Shown: positions 29,110-38,221, counted from the first letter of the stretch. The stretch: DNA of 64,000 nt from Minisyncoccota bacterium (GCA_041658485.1 JBBAAE010000003.1:10300-74299); one strand, 5' to 3'. Program-made: numbers and translations. Notes: generated by a model from the sequence alone, not told the origin.

Positions 29110-30039
29110 ATGGATGTCATAAAAGAAACAAATTTCGAAGGACTAGGAAAGAAAACACAAGGAAAGGTGAGGGACATTTATGAACAAGAGAATCAACTTC
29201 TTTTGGTTACGACTGATAGGCACTCATCGTTCGACAGAATTATTGCGCACATTCCGCATAAAGGTGCGGTGTTGAATCTCATCAGTGCGTTTTGGTTTGA
29301 GCTTACGAAAGATATTGTTCCTAATCAGCTCATTGAAGTGCCAGACCCAAATGTGATTGTTGCAAAGCGTGCCCAGCCTTTCTTGGTGGAAGTAGTGGTT
29401 CGTGGATACCTCACGGGAGTTACTGATACCTCTATATGGACCAACTACCAGAAAGGCAAACGAGACTTTGGTGGCATCACGCTTCCTGATGGCATGACGA
29501 AAAATATGCCACTTCCTCGAGCAATCATTACACCAACAACAAAAGCTGGGCACGATGAAAACTTGGAGCTCGGAGAGGTGGTGCCCCGTGGACTTGCTAC
29601 AGAAGAACAGTGGACTGAGATGCAACGTGCTGCACTCGCACTCTTTGCTCGTGGGCAAGAGCACGCCTCGTCAAAAGGATTTATTCTTGTTGATACAAAA
29701 TATGAATTCGGACTCTTCGACGGAAAAGTAATTCTTATAGACGAAGTACATACGCCTGACAATTCACGTTATTGGCTCAAGAGCTCTTTTGAAGAGCGCA
29801 TTGCTTCGGGACAGGAGCCAATGGCATTTGATAAAGAGTTCTTGCGCATTTGGTTTAAAGAAAATTGTGACCCCTATAATGATGCCGTGCTTCCAGAGGC
29901 TCCATCTGAAATGGTGACGGAGCTTTCTCGTCGATATATTGAGATATACGAGACCCTTACAGGGGTGAAGTTTGAGGTTGATGAGAGCGTGCTACCACTG
30001 GAGCGGATGCAAAAGAATCTTGAGAAGTATATGCTGTAG
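29110..30039 (+). CDS. purC: SAICAR synthetase PurC
   Basis: GKVRDIY, TDR.S.FD, EVVVRGYLTG, TPTTKA, DTKYEFG, DEVHTPD.SR, DKEF.R. Confidence 0.95.
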   Translation: MDVIKETNFEGLGKKTQGKVRDIYEQENQLLLVTTDRHSSFDRIIAHIPHKGAVLNLISAFWFELTKDIVPNQLIEVPDPNVIVAKRAQPFLVEVVVRGYLTGVTDTSIWTNYQKGKRDFGGITLPDGMTKNMPLPRAIITPTTKAGHDENLELGEVVPRGLATEEQWTEMQRAALALFARGQEHASSKGFILVDTKYEFGLFDGKVILIDEVHTPDNSRYWLKSSFEERIASGQEPMAFDKEFLRIWFKENCDPYNDAVLPEAPSEMVTELSRRYIEIYETLTGVKFEVDESVLPLERMQKNLEKYML

Positions 30040-30044
30040 GAGGT

Positions 30045-30191
30045 ATGTCGTTTTCGCCTGAAGTATGGCGAGAAGGTTTGGCTCCAGCGGTTGTTCTTGG
30101 GGGTGTAGCAGGTGCATCCTTCTTACTTTATCTATTAGGAGGAGAGAAGGTCTCTAAGTGGCTTGAAAAGAGAAGAAAGAAGAAAAAATGA
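30045..30191 (+). CDS. 48-aa single-TM microprotein with basic tail (not in ORF track)
   Basis: MSFSPEVWREGLAPAVVLGGVAGASFLLYLLGGEKVSKWLEKRRKKKK*. Confidence 0.5.
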   Translation: MSFSPEVWREGLAPAVVLGGVAGASFLLYLLGGEKVSKWLEKRRKKKK

Positions 30192-30261
30192 AGGATTGAC
30201 GGATGCTTTAAAAGCGGTAATAGTGTCAGTGTAGCGACTAAAAAGAGGGTATAAAGGGCAC

Positions 30262-30290
30262 TTGACAGATATTAATTAGTCTGCTACTAT
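30262..30290 (+). promoter_or_regulatory. Sigma70 promoter, leaderless configuration
   Basis: TTGACA-17 nt-TACTAT (TG-extended), ATG 7 nt downstream. Confidence 0.75.
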
Positions 30291-30297
30291 ATAGAAT

Positions 30298-30555
30298 ATG
30301 TTATCACCTGAAAATTTGAGACAAGATGCGCTTTTTGCTGCTGAGGTTGCCCTTCCTTTAGTTGGTGCTGTTGCACTATACGCATCGCGTACTGTAAGGG
30401 GGTTTGCCATGAAAGGGGTCGAATCAATTATTCGTGCTGGGAAAATTGAAGATGAAATGAGTACGTACCCTGAGCTCACATTAGGTGAAGCACGTGGATT
30501 TGTTACTGCCGAGGAGCAAATACAGAAAGAAGATGAGCGACGCATGGCAGTGTAA
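30298..30555 (+). CDS. Hypothetical 85-aa protein
   Basis: ORF with its own consensus promoter. Confidence 0.6.
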   Translation: MLSPENLRQDALFAAEVALPLVGAVALYASRTVRGFAMKGVESIIRAGKIEDEMSTYPELTLGEARGFVTAEEQIQKEDERRMAV

Positions 30556-30626
30556 ATATACTGATTGCGTATTGGTGCTTCTCGAGGTATTCTCTAAAAA
30601 GCTCCGTGCGGAGCTTTTTTCTTAGA

Positions 30627-30798
30627 GAGCTCGTCTCAAAAATAATGACTTAGCGAAAAGACGAAATTTCAGAGCGAAAAACGAGGATGAGGAAAGATTC
30701 GATGCAAAGCATCGAAGACAGACGAAACTCGTTTTGTAGCTGAAATTTCGTCTTTCTCGGTAGTCAAAGCTTCTTAAGTTTATTTTTGAGACGAGCTC
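30627..30798. mobile_element. 172-bp fold-back (MITE/REP-like) element upstream of typA
   Basis: 19-bp perfect terminal IR plus nested IRs and a TTCGATGC-AAA-GCATCGAA apex. Confidence 0.65.
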
Positions 30799-30812
30799 GT
30801 AATTCAAAACAT

Positions 30813-32594
30813 ATGGAAATACGAAACATCGCTATCATTGCCCATGTGGACCATGGGAAGACCACTCTTACCGACGCCCTTTTGAAACAAACAGGTGTGG
30901 GTGAAGAGGGGGTATCAATGGATTCAAACAAGCTTGAGCTCGAGCGCGGAATCACTATTTATGCAAAGAATGCAGCGGTTCCTTATAAGGATACAAAGAT
31001 AAACATTGTTGACACTCCAGGACACGCCGACTTCGGCTCTGAAGTTGAACGCGTACTCCGCTCCATCGATTCAGTGCTTCTCGTAGTTGATGCACAGGAA
31101 GGGCCTATGCCACAGACTCGTTTCGTATTGAAGAAGTCATTGGAGCTTGGTTTGAAGCCAATTGTTGTTTTAAATAAAATTGATAAACCAGCGGCTGACT
31201 GCGCTCGTGCAGAGGAGCAGGTTTTGGAACTTTTCTTGGAACTTGGTGCAAATGATGAACAGGCAGACTTTCCAGTGATCTATGCCATTGGTAAGCAAGG
31301 TATTGCAAAAGCAAAATTGGAAGATGATTCAAAAGATTTGACGCCACTTCTCGACGCCATTTTGAAGTATGTACCACCAGCTCCCGCAACTGCAGCTGAG
31401 GGCACACTGATGATTCAGCCATTCAACCTTGCATATGACAACTTCCTTGGTCGCATTGCAATTTGTCGCGTCTACCATGGCACTGTGACTACAGGTCAGT
31501 CAGTATTCATAAAAAAACCTGACGGAGAAATGCGCACAGGGAAAATAGTGAAAATGTTTACCTTTAAGGGCCTTCAGAGAGTTGAAGCAGAGTCGGTAGG
31601 TGCAGGTGACATCTGTATGATTGCGGGTCTTTCAGATATTTATATTGGTGAGACAGTAACAAACGACAAGGATGCACAGCCACTTCCTGCAATCACTGTT
31701 GATGAACCAACAATTCAACTCAATTTCTATCCGAACTCTTCACCATTTGCAGGTAAAGAAGGGAAATTTGTAACCACTCGCCAAATTAGAGACAGGCTTG
31801 AGAGAGAGCTTGAAGTGAATGTAGGTCTCAAGGTTGATTTCTCTTCAGGTGAAACATTTTTGGTGTCTGGTCGTGGAGAGCTTCATATTGCAATCTTGCT
31901 TGAGAATATGCGTCGTGAAGGTTTCGAACTCCAAGTCTCACAACCGAAAGTAATCATTCGAGAAGAAAATGGTCAGAAGATGGAACCGTTTGAAGAGGTT
32001 ACTGTTGATTCTCCATCAGAATTCCAAGGTCCTATTATTGAGCGCCTCGGTGTTCGTGCATTCGTAATGCAAAACATGGTTACTCATGGCAACTCAGTTC
32101 GTCTTACATTTGAAGGTCCTACTCGTGGCCTTCTTGGATTCCGTAATCAGTTCATCATTGATACTAAAGGTGAGGGAATACTTTCGTCACGCTTTATTGG
32201 CTTCAAACCATACGCAGGTGAAATCAAGAAGCGTTCAGTAGGTTCTATGATTTCTATGGCAGCAGGAAAGGCTCTTGGATTTTCACTTTGGAACTTGCAG
32301 GATCGTGGCACGCTCTACATTGGTCCTACTACAGAAGTGTATGAAGGTATGGTGGTGGGTAATACTTCAAAGGGTGAAGAGATGTCAGTGAACCCAACAA
32401 AAGGAAAACAGCTCACCAACATGCGTGCATCAGGCTCCGACGAAGCAATCAACATCACCCCTCCCTTTACACTTTCTATTGAGCGCGGTCTTGAAATAAT
32501 GTCTGACGATGAATTTTTGGAAATCACCCCTCTCAATATTCGTCTTCGCAAGCAATTTTTGTCTGAAAGCGAGCGAGCGAAAGCAAAACGATAA
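30813..32594 (+). CDS. typA: Translational GTPase TypA/BipA
   Basis: [52 protein letters not shown]. Confidence 0.96.
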   Translation: MEIRNIAIIAHVDHGKTTLTDALLKQTGVGEEGVSMDSNKLELERGITIYAKNAAVPYKDTKINIVDTPGHADFGSEVERVLRSIDSVLLVVDAQEGPMPQTRFVLKKSLELGLKPIVVLNKIDKPAADCARAEEQVLELFLELGANDEQADFPVIYAIGKQGIAKAKLEDDSKDLTPLLDAILKYVPPAPATAAEGTLMIQPFNLAYDNFLGRIAICRVYHGTVTTGQSVFIKKPDGEMRTGKIVKMFTFKGLQRVEAESVGAGDICMIAGLSDIYIGETVTNDKDAQPLPAITVDEPTIQLNFYPNSSPFAGKEGKFVTTRQIRDRLERELEVNVGLKVDFSSGETFLVSGRGELHIAILLENMRREGFELQVSQPKVIIREENGQKMEPFEEVTVDSPSEFQGPIIERLGVRAFVMQNMVTHGNSVRLTFEGPTRGLLGFRNQFIIDTKGEGILSSRFIGFKPYAGEIKKRSVGSMISMAAGKALGFSLWNLQDRGTLYIGPTTEVYEGMVVGNTSKGEEMSVNPTKGKQLTNMRASGSDEAINITPPFTLSIERGLEIMSDDEFLEITPLNIRLRKQFLSESERAKAKR

Positions 32595-32656
32595 AGAGAT
32601 CTCTTTGTAGGCAGATGTCCCGCTACCGTGTGGGAGTATAAGGGTATACTGTTTCT

Positions 32657-33220
32657 ATGAAAAAAGTTTTGATATTGGTCATTCTCGTGGGTGTTTTTGT
32701 TGCTGGATTTTTTATGTGGAATCAGCGTTCTTCTTTTTTACCAGTAGCAGAGGGTATGCGTGTATACACGAATCATGGTGTTTCTTTTTCATATCCAACG
32801 CATTATTTCCTAGAAGAGAAAGTTAGTGAAAATGCCAAGCGTACCCACTACTCAATAATTCTCACTGAAGATACAGAAGAAAATAAAGCCGTGCGAGAGG
32901 GGAGAGCGCCGGGGCGTGAAGGCCCAACCGCTATCACAATTGATGTATTTCAAAATGATCTCGATCATTTGACGGCGGAAGAATGGATTAAACACGTGAG
33001 TAGTTCAAATTACTCTTTGTCAGTTGACTCTATTTTGACACCACGGCGTGTTGGCACTATTTCAGGTTTTGCATACCGTTGGTCAGGCCTCTATGAAGCC
33101 AAAGCGGTTGTTGTAGCAAATGATTCATTTCTCTACGCATTTACCGCAACCTACCTCACACCAAATGATGTAATTCTTAAAGATTTTGAGGAAATACTTG
33201 GGAACGTGAAGTTCAATTAA
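32657..33220 (+). CDS. Exported PsbP-like hypothetical protein
   Basis: TM helix; GVSFSYP, REGP motifs. Confidence 0.6.
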   Translation: MKKVLILVILVGVFVAGFFMWNQRSSFLPVAEGMRVYTNHGVSFSYPTHYFLEEKVSENAKRTHYSIILTEDTEENKAVREGRAPGREGPTAITIDVFQNDLDHLTAEEWIKHVSSSNYSLSVDSILTPRRVGTISGFAYRWSGLYEAKAVVVANDSFLYAFTATYLTPNDVILKDFEEILGNVKFN

Positions 33221-33241
33221 TTAGGGGTATACTATTTGTAT

Positions 33242-33637
33242 ATGAAAAAGAAAACTATCCTCATTGTTGTCGCCGTCGTTATTGTTTTGGTGCTCGGAGG
33301 GCTAGTTTCATATCAATCATATAAATCCGCAGGTCCAGCACTGTCTAGTGAACTCGATGGCTTCGCAACATGCTTGAAAGATAAAGGTGCAATCTTTTAT
33401 GGTGCATTTTGGTGCCCTCACTGCCAAGCGACGAAGAAAATTTTTGGTGCATCAGCAAAGTTGCTCCCGTATGTTGAGTGTTCTACTCCAGATGGAGAGC
33501 GACAGACACAGGAGTGTATCGACAAGGGAATCAAGCAATATCCAACATGGGTTTTTGCAGACGGAAGTCAGCTCACTGGTGAGAGAACGCTTGCGGAGCT
33601 TGCTGAAAAAACAAGCTGTGAACTTCCAGTCAAGTAA
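33242..33637 (+). CDS. Membrane-anchored thioredoxin-like protein
   Basis: FYGAFWCPHC, YVECS, C...I..YPTW. Confidence 0.85.
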   Translation: MKKKTILIVVAVVIVLVLGGLVSYQSYKSAGPALSSELDGFATCLKDKGAIFYGAFWCPHCQATKKIFGASAKLLPYVECSTPDGERQTQECIDKGIKQYPTWVFADGSQLTGERTLAELAEKTSCELPVK

Positions 33638-33640
33638 TTT

Positions 33641-34261
33641 ATGGCTACTTTAGAGACGCTCAACTACTTGATTGCACTTGGTACCGTTCTGATGCAAGTG
33701 GCAACGGTTGCGCTTCTAGTTATTTTTTTCTTTAGGAAAAGTGCGTGGGCGCTACGTATTACAAAAATCGTTAGCGATTCAGGGCTGTGGTTTTCACTAC
33801 TTCTAGTCATAGCAGGTACGGCATTAAGTCTTGTATATTCAGAGTATTTTGGCATTTTGCCATGCGGACTTTGTTGGGTTCAAAGAGTATTTCTCTATCC
33901 GCAGGTTGTCTTGTTTGCGCTCGCTACATGGAAGAAAAGCGAACTGCTTCGCTTTTCTTCCGGTGGCGAAGCCAAGCGCCAATATTCGCAAAGCGAAAAG
34001 GTGCTAGGAGGGACGAATGATCACTTTATTGCAGATTACTCAATTGTGCTTTCGGTGTTAGGTGGGGTAGTTGCTCTCTATCAACATTACTTGCAAATGG
34101 GTGGTACGAGCACATTGCCATGCCCAGCGTCTGGCGTTGCGGATTGCGCAAAGAGATTCCTCTTTGAGTTTGATTACATTACATTCCCACTCGTTGCATT
34201 TTCCTCATTTGCACTCCTTTTTGTCATCATGCTTTTTGTACGACAAAATCGAACTGCGTAA
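33641..34261 (+). CDS. dsbB: Disulfide bond formation protein DsbB/BdbC with an in-frame insertion
   Basis: SLVYSE....PCGLCWVQR..LYP, ALYQHYLQ, C......C, YITFP. Confidence 0.88.
   Translation: MATLETLNYLIALGTVLMQVATVALLVIFFFRKSAWALRITKIVSDSGLWFSLLLVIAGTALSLVYSEYFGILPCGLCWVQRVFLYPQVVLFALATWKKSELLRFSSGGEAKRQYSQSEKVLGGTNDHFIADYSIVLSVLGGVVALYQHYLQMGGTSTLPCPASGVADCAKRFLFEFDYITFPLVAFSSFALLFVIMLFVRQNRTA
33929..34003. mobile_element. Palindromic element inserted in-frame in dsbB
   Basis: 14-bp perfect stem GGAAGAAAAGCGAA-CTGC-TTCGCTTTTCTTCC plus TTCGC-AAA-GCGAA; homologous to 60051-60130. Confidence 0.75.
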
Positions 34262-34272
34262 TTTAGTTACGT

Positions 34273-34716
34273 ATGCACATTAAAGAACTCGGGCATGTAG
34301 TGCTGTATGTTTCCAACCTTGAGCTGTTGGCGAATTTTTATAGGGATACTTTGGGTTTTACTGAAATCGCTCGAGAAGGGGGAGTCGCTGTTTTTTCTTC
34401 TGGACGCACGCACCATGAACTTCTTTTGATTGATATAGGAAAAGAACCAAAACCAAAGGAAGTTATTGAAACTGGCTTGTACCATATTGGTTTCAAAGTT
34501 GCTGATACCACGGAGGAATTAAAACAAGTGTATAAGGAGTTGAAAGCAAAGGGTGTTGAAATAATTGGCATGTCCGACCACACCGTTACTCATTCGCTGT
34601 ATATCCTTGACCCTGACGGGAATGAACTGGAACTCTATGCAGATGTGAGTGACATTTGGAAGAAAGACTCCCGTGCAGTTATGAGCCCAACTCGCTTTCT
34701 CAGCCTTGACGAATAG
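34273..34716 (+). CDS. VOC/glyoxalase family protein
   Basis: LGHVVL, HHEL, GLYHIGF, DH....SLY..DPDGNELE. Confidence 0.88.
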   Translation: MHIKELGHVVLYVSNLELLANFYRDTLGFTEIAREGGVAVFSSGRTHHELLLIDIGKEPKPKEVIETGLYHIGFKVADTTEELKQVYKELKAKGVEIIGMSDHTVTHSLYILDPDGNELELYADVSDIWKKDSRAVMSPTRFLSLDE

Positions 34717-34936
34717 GCTTTTCTAGGATATAGTAAACACGTACTCATTTTCTCCATTCGCTTTTAGAGGTTTTCCTCTCACAGAGCCTTTGGAAATAAG
34801 GGTCTGCTTAGAGCAGAATCCAAGGGCGCTGTATTGATCTTTATTTCAATAGTAATGCGCATGTGTGAGATACACGCTTGCATATCGTAAGCGCATCTGG
34901 CGATTTTTTTCGTCGTTATTATTGAAATAAAATTAT
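34706..34936 (+). promoter_or_regulatory. Promoter and ~195-nt structured 5' leader of DEAD-box helicase gene
   Basis: TTGACG-17-TATAGT; several stems incl. 34840-34857 pairing with 34914-34931. Confidence 0.6.
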
Positions 34937-36415
34937 ATGTATAACTCAGATAGTAATAGTAAAGGTAAGTTTTCACGTGCTCCGCGAACTTCTCGAGGAG
35001 ATTCTTTTCATGCGCCAAGTGGTCAACGAAGTGCATCACGCGCGCCATATAGCGGTGCGTCTGGTCCCAGTAGGTCTTCTTTTGCACCAAGCGCTCGTCC
35101 GTATCAAGGAGGAGGTCGTTCAAGTGGAGGAAGTGGTGCTCGCCCATACCAAGGCGGAAGCTCTCGTCCTTATCAGGGCGGTGGTAGCCGACCGCCATAC
35201 AGAGGCGGTGGTGGATCGCGTTTTGGTGGGGGAGGTGGCAGTCGTTACGGCGGAGGCGGTGGAGGTAGAGGGGGAGGAGGTCGCTCATTCGATAAATACA
35301 TTGATGCATCTCGCTTTGTAAACAAGGCAGTTATTACAGAAAAAGTAGAACACTTCGTTCCTGAACACGCATTTGCTGATTTCAAGGTAGATGAACGACT
35401 GAAGACTGCTATTAGCAAAAAAGGATACGTTCTTCCTACGCCCATTCAAGACAAAGCTATTCCTCATATTCTTCGCGGTGAAGATGTAGTTGGTATTGCA
35501 AACACTGGTACTGGAAAAACAGCGGCATTTTTGATTCCGCTCATTGACAAGATGCTGAAAAATCCTGAGGAAGAAATACTCATTATGGTTCCTACACGTG
35601 AACTCGCACTCCAGATTGAACAAGAGTTCCGTGGATTTGCTCCCGGACTTCGTTTGTACTCAGCGTGTTTCGTAGGAGGTGTCTACATTGGTAAAGATTT
35701 GCAGAAGCTTCGCCAGAGAAACAATCTTGTGATTGGTACACCTGGGCGCTTGAAAGACTTGGTAGAGAGACGCGCACTTAATCTTTCAAAATTCAAGACC
35801 GTAGTACTCGATGAAGCAGATCGCATGCTCGACATGGGCTTCATTGCTGATATGCGCTTCATGCTTTCAAAGATGGAACCAGTGCGTCATACGCTTTTCT
35901 TCTCGGCAACTTTGACTAAAGAAATTGAAAAACTGATTAAGGATTTCTTGACCAATCCAGTTACTATTTCAGTGAAAACACAAGAAACAGCTGAATCTAT
36001 TGATCAGGATGTGGTTAAGGTGAGCTCTGATGAGACAAAAATAGATGTCTTGCTAAATCTTTTGAAGCAACCTGAATTCGACAAAGTGCTTGTCTTCGGA
36101 AAGACGAAGCATGGAGTTGAAAAACTTGCGAAAGCGCTCGTTGCGATGGGGGTGAAGGCTGAATCTATTCACGGAAACAAAACTCACGGAAAGCGACAAA
36201 AAGCATTGGATCTTTTCAAACGAGATCAAGTGCAAGTGCTTGTGGCAACTGATGTTGCTGCACGAGGTCTCGACATCGTCGGTGTTTCTCATGTCATCAA
36301 CTTCGACATTCCTTCAACCTATGAAGATTATGTGCACCGCATTGGACGTACTGGTAGAGGTGGCAAGAAAGGGAAAGCGCTTACTTTCGTTGAGCAGAAG
36401 GGCGGACGCCGTTAA
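34937..36415 (+). CDS. DEAD-box RNA helicase (RhlE/CshA-like) with Gly/Arg-rich N-terminus
   Basis: PTPIQ, TGTGKT, PTRELA, TPGR, DEAD, SAT, TDVAARGLD, HRIGRTGR. Confidence 0.95.
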   Translation: MYNSDSNSKGKFSRAPRTSRGDSFHAPSGQRSASRAPYSGASGPSRSSFAPSARPYQGGGRSSGGSGARPYQGGSSRPYQGGGSRPPYRGGGGSRFGGGGGSRYGGGGGGRGGGGRSFDKYIDASRFVNKAVITEKVEHFVPEHAFADFKVDERLKTAISKKGYVLPTPIQDKAIPHILRGEDVVGIANTGTGKTAAFLIPLIDKMLKNPEEEILIMVPTRELALQIEQEFRGFAPGLRLYSACFVGGVYIGKDLQKLRQRNNLVIGTPGRLKDLVERRALNLSKFKTVVLDEADRMLDMGFIADMRFMLSKMEPVRHTLFFSATLTKEIEKLIKDFLTNPVTISVKTQETAESIDQDVVKVSSDETKIDVLLNLLKQPEFDKVLVFGKTKHGVEKLAKALVAMGVKAESIHGNKTHGKRQKALDLFKRDQVQVLVATDVAARGLDIVGVSHVINFDIPSTYEDYVHRIGRTGRGGKKGKALTFVEQKGGRR

Positions 36416-36509
36416 TTTTGTCTTCACTCTTTGACTTACGGTGAGTCAGCACGTATGATGAAAAAAGTCGCACGCTCTTAGCAGTCTAAAAAATAATCTA
36501 TCTACAAGT

Positions 36510-36635
36510 ATGGATACAGATACACCAGTAGTGCCAGATGTTCCTATGGAACCTGCACACGAAGTACCAGCTCCTGCAATGCCGGAAGTAGCGCCAGAAG
36601 CGCCAACTCCAGCTACTGAAGGTACAGTAGCGTAG
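36510..36635 (+). CDS. 41-aa acidic Pro/Ala-rich microprotein (not in ORF track)
   Basis: MDTDTPVVPDVPMEPAHEVPAPAMPEVAPEAPTPATEGTVA*; promoter TTGACT-17-TATGAT (36431-36459) and its own terminator. Confidence 0.65.
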   Translation: MDTDTPVVPDVPMEPAHEVPAPAMPEVAPEAPTPATEGTVA

Positions 36636-36640
36636 TCTTT

Positions 36641-36679
36641 AAAAAAGCGAGGCTGGGGAAACCCAGTCTCGCTTTTTTT
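36641..36679 (+). terminator. Rho-independent terminator
   Basis: AAAAAAGCGAGGCTGGG-GAAA-CCCAGTCTCGCTTTTTTT. Confidence 0.85.
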
Positions 36680-36752
36680 GTGTACGATGTTGCTTTTTCG
36701 ATTGCATAATTGTTTTCATCCTTAAGGCAGTGTATCCTTTAGTGAAAGGTAT

Positions 36753-36914
36753 ATGGCTGAAACTGGTGGTGCATTAGAAAAACTGAAAGTACCCCAACGC
36801 CCACGCTTTGTTTGTGAGGGATGTGATATGGCTGTGTATTTGGAAGATCCATGTCCACAATGTGATTTTGAAGAATACAGGAAAACATTACGAGCTTCAG
36901 GTAATAAGGAATAA
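36753..36914 (+). CDS. 53-aa zinc-ribbon microprotein (not in ORF track)
   Basis: ...FVCEGCDMAVYLEDPCPQCDF...; GAAAGG upstream. Confidence 0.6.
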   Translation: MAETGGALEKLKVPQRPRFVCEGCDMAVYLEDPCPQCDFEEYRKTLRASGNKE

Positions 36915-36924
36915 CTAATTTTTT

Positions 36925-37383
36925 ATGAAAAAATACATTTTTGCCTTCTTACTACTTGTACTTCTTGGAGTGGGTGCATACTTTCTCTACCCACTTCTAG
37001 CGCATGCTCCTGCCTCTACTACTTCTACACAAACAAGTGCCCCAACATATGTGCGTGCATCAGCTAACGACATAGTTGTTGCTTCACCAAAACCAGATGA
37101 AACCCTAGGTTCCATCGTTGATGTTTCAGGGCGTGCTCGGGGAACTTGGTACTTTGAAGCAAGTTTTCCTGTTGAAGTTGTTGATGACAAAGGTGCAGTG
37201 CTTGGGCGGGGGATAGCAACTGCACAAGACGAGTGGATGACAGAAGAGTTTGTTCCTTTCACTGCAACAATTACACTCACCACTCCTTATACTGGTCCAG
37301 CAATGCTCATCCTCAAAAAAGACAATCCATCGGGTGAGTCATCTCGTGATGCTTCTATTTCTATACCAGTACTAATTCAATAG
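36925..37383 (+). CDS. Gmad2-like immunoglobulin-domain protein
   Basis: VSGRARGTWYFEASFPV, WMTEEFVPF, KDNPSG. Confidence 0.8.
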   Translation: MKKYIFAFLLLVLLGVGAYFLYPLLAHAPASTTSTQTSAPTYVRASANDIVVASPKPDETLGSIVDVSGRARGTWYFEASFPVEVVDDKGAVLGRGIATAQDEWMTEEFVPFTATITLTTPYTGPAMLILKKDNPSGESSRDASISIPVLIQ

Positions 37384-37392
37384 TACTTTTCT

Positions 37393-37767
37393 ATGCACGA
37401 CATTGCGCACACAAAGTACCGAGCAATAATTGTTGCGTTTATTGTTTTATTTGTTGCTATTCTTATTCTTGCGGTCTGGCCCGATGTGAGGCGCACAGAG
37501 AGCGAGACTGAAAAAGAGAAGGCTACTATCCTTGCGAAAGCAATGTATCAGTGCAGAGATGGGAAAAGTGTGTACGCTGTGTATGTTGAAGGTGCGGTAA
37601 AACTTGAGCTCAGTGATTTGCGCGCTCGCACGCTTCCCCAGACAGTTGCGGGGTCTGGGGCTCGGTACGCCACCTTAAATGGAGGCTTCGTATTTTGGAG
37701 CAAAGGCGATACTGCATTTATACAGGAAAATAATATTTTGACTTTTACTGATTGCATACGCTCATGA
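37393..37767 (+). CDS. MliC-family (lysozyme inhibitor-like) protein
   Basis: Y.C..GK, LPQ..AGSGARY, FWSKG..AF. Confidence 0.8.
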   Translation: MHDIAHTKYRAIIVAFIVLFVAILILAVWPDVRRTESETEKEKATILAKAMYQCRDGKSVYAVYVEGAVKLELSDLRARTLPQTVAGSGARYATLNGGFVFWSKGDTAFIQENNILTFTDCIRS

Positions 37768-38216
37768 TGATTCATCCTGCCTTCGTTCACTTCCCACTCG
37801 CACTGCTTACACTATATGTGTTTTTGGAGCTTGTGCCTCTCTCAAAATTTTTTCCAAAGGTTAGGTTGGATCAGGTGAAGTATTTTCTTTTATATGTTGG
37901 AACACTCTCTATTTTCCCTGCTATTGTAACGGGCATAATTGCAGAGGGGTTGGTGGGGGAGAATGTTGTTCTTTCTGCCCATAAGGCGGGAGCAATGGCG
38001 ATACTGCTCATTTTCTTGGTTTCTGCCCTTCTTGCACTATGGAATCAGTTCTACTTGTTTCCTCGTCCGGAGCTCTTTCGGATAGCACAAAAATTACTCG
38101 CAATCTTCGGGATGATTGCTCTTGTGGTGCAGGGAGCCTTGGGTGCAGCGATGGTGTATGGATATACTGCCGACCCTATTACGAGATTCGTCAGTTCATT
38201 TTTAGGTTTTCATTAG
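37764..38216 (+). CDS. DUF2231-like membrane protein
   Basis: IHPAFVHFPLAL, TG, H, G.LG..MVY. Confidence 0.75.
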   Translation: MMIHPAFVHFPLALLTLYVFLELVPLSKFFPKVRLDQVKYFLLYVGTLSIFPAIVTGIIAEGLVGENVVLSAHKAGAMAILLIFLVSALLALWNQFYLFPRPELFRIAQKLLAIFGMIALVVQGALGAAMVYGYTADPITRFVSSFLGFH

Positions 38217-38221
38217 ACTCT

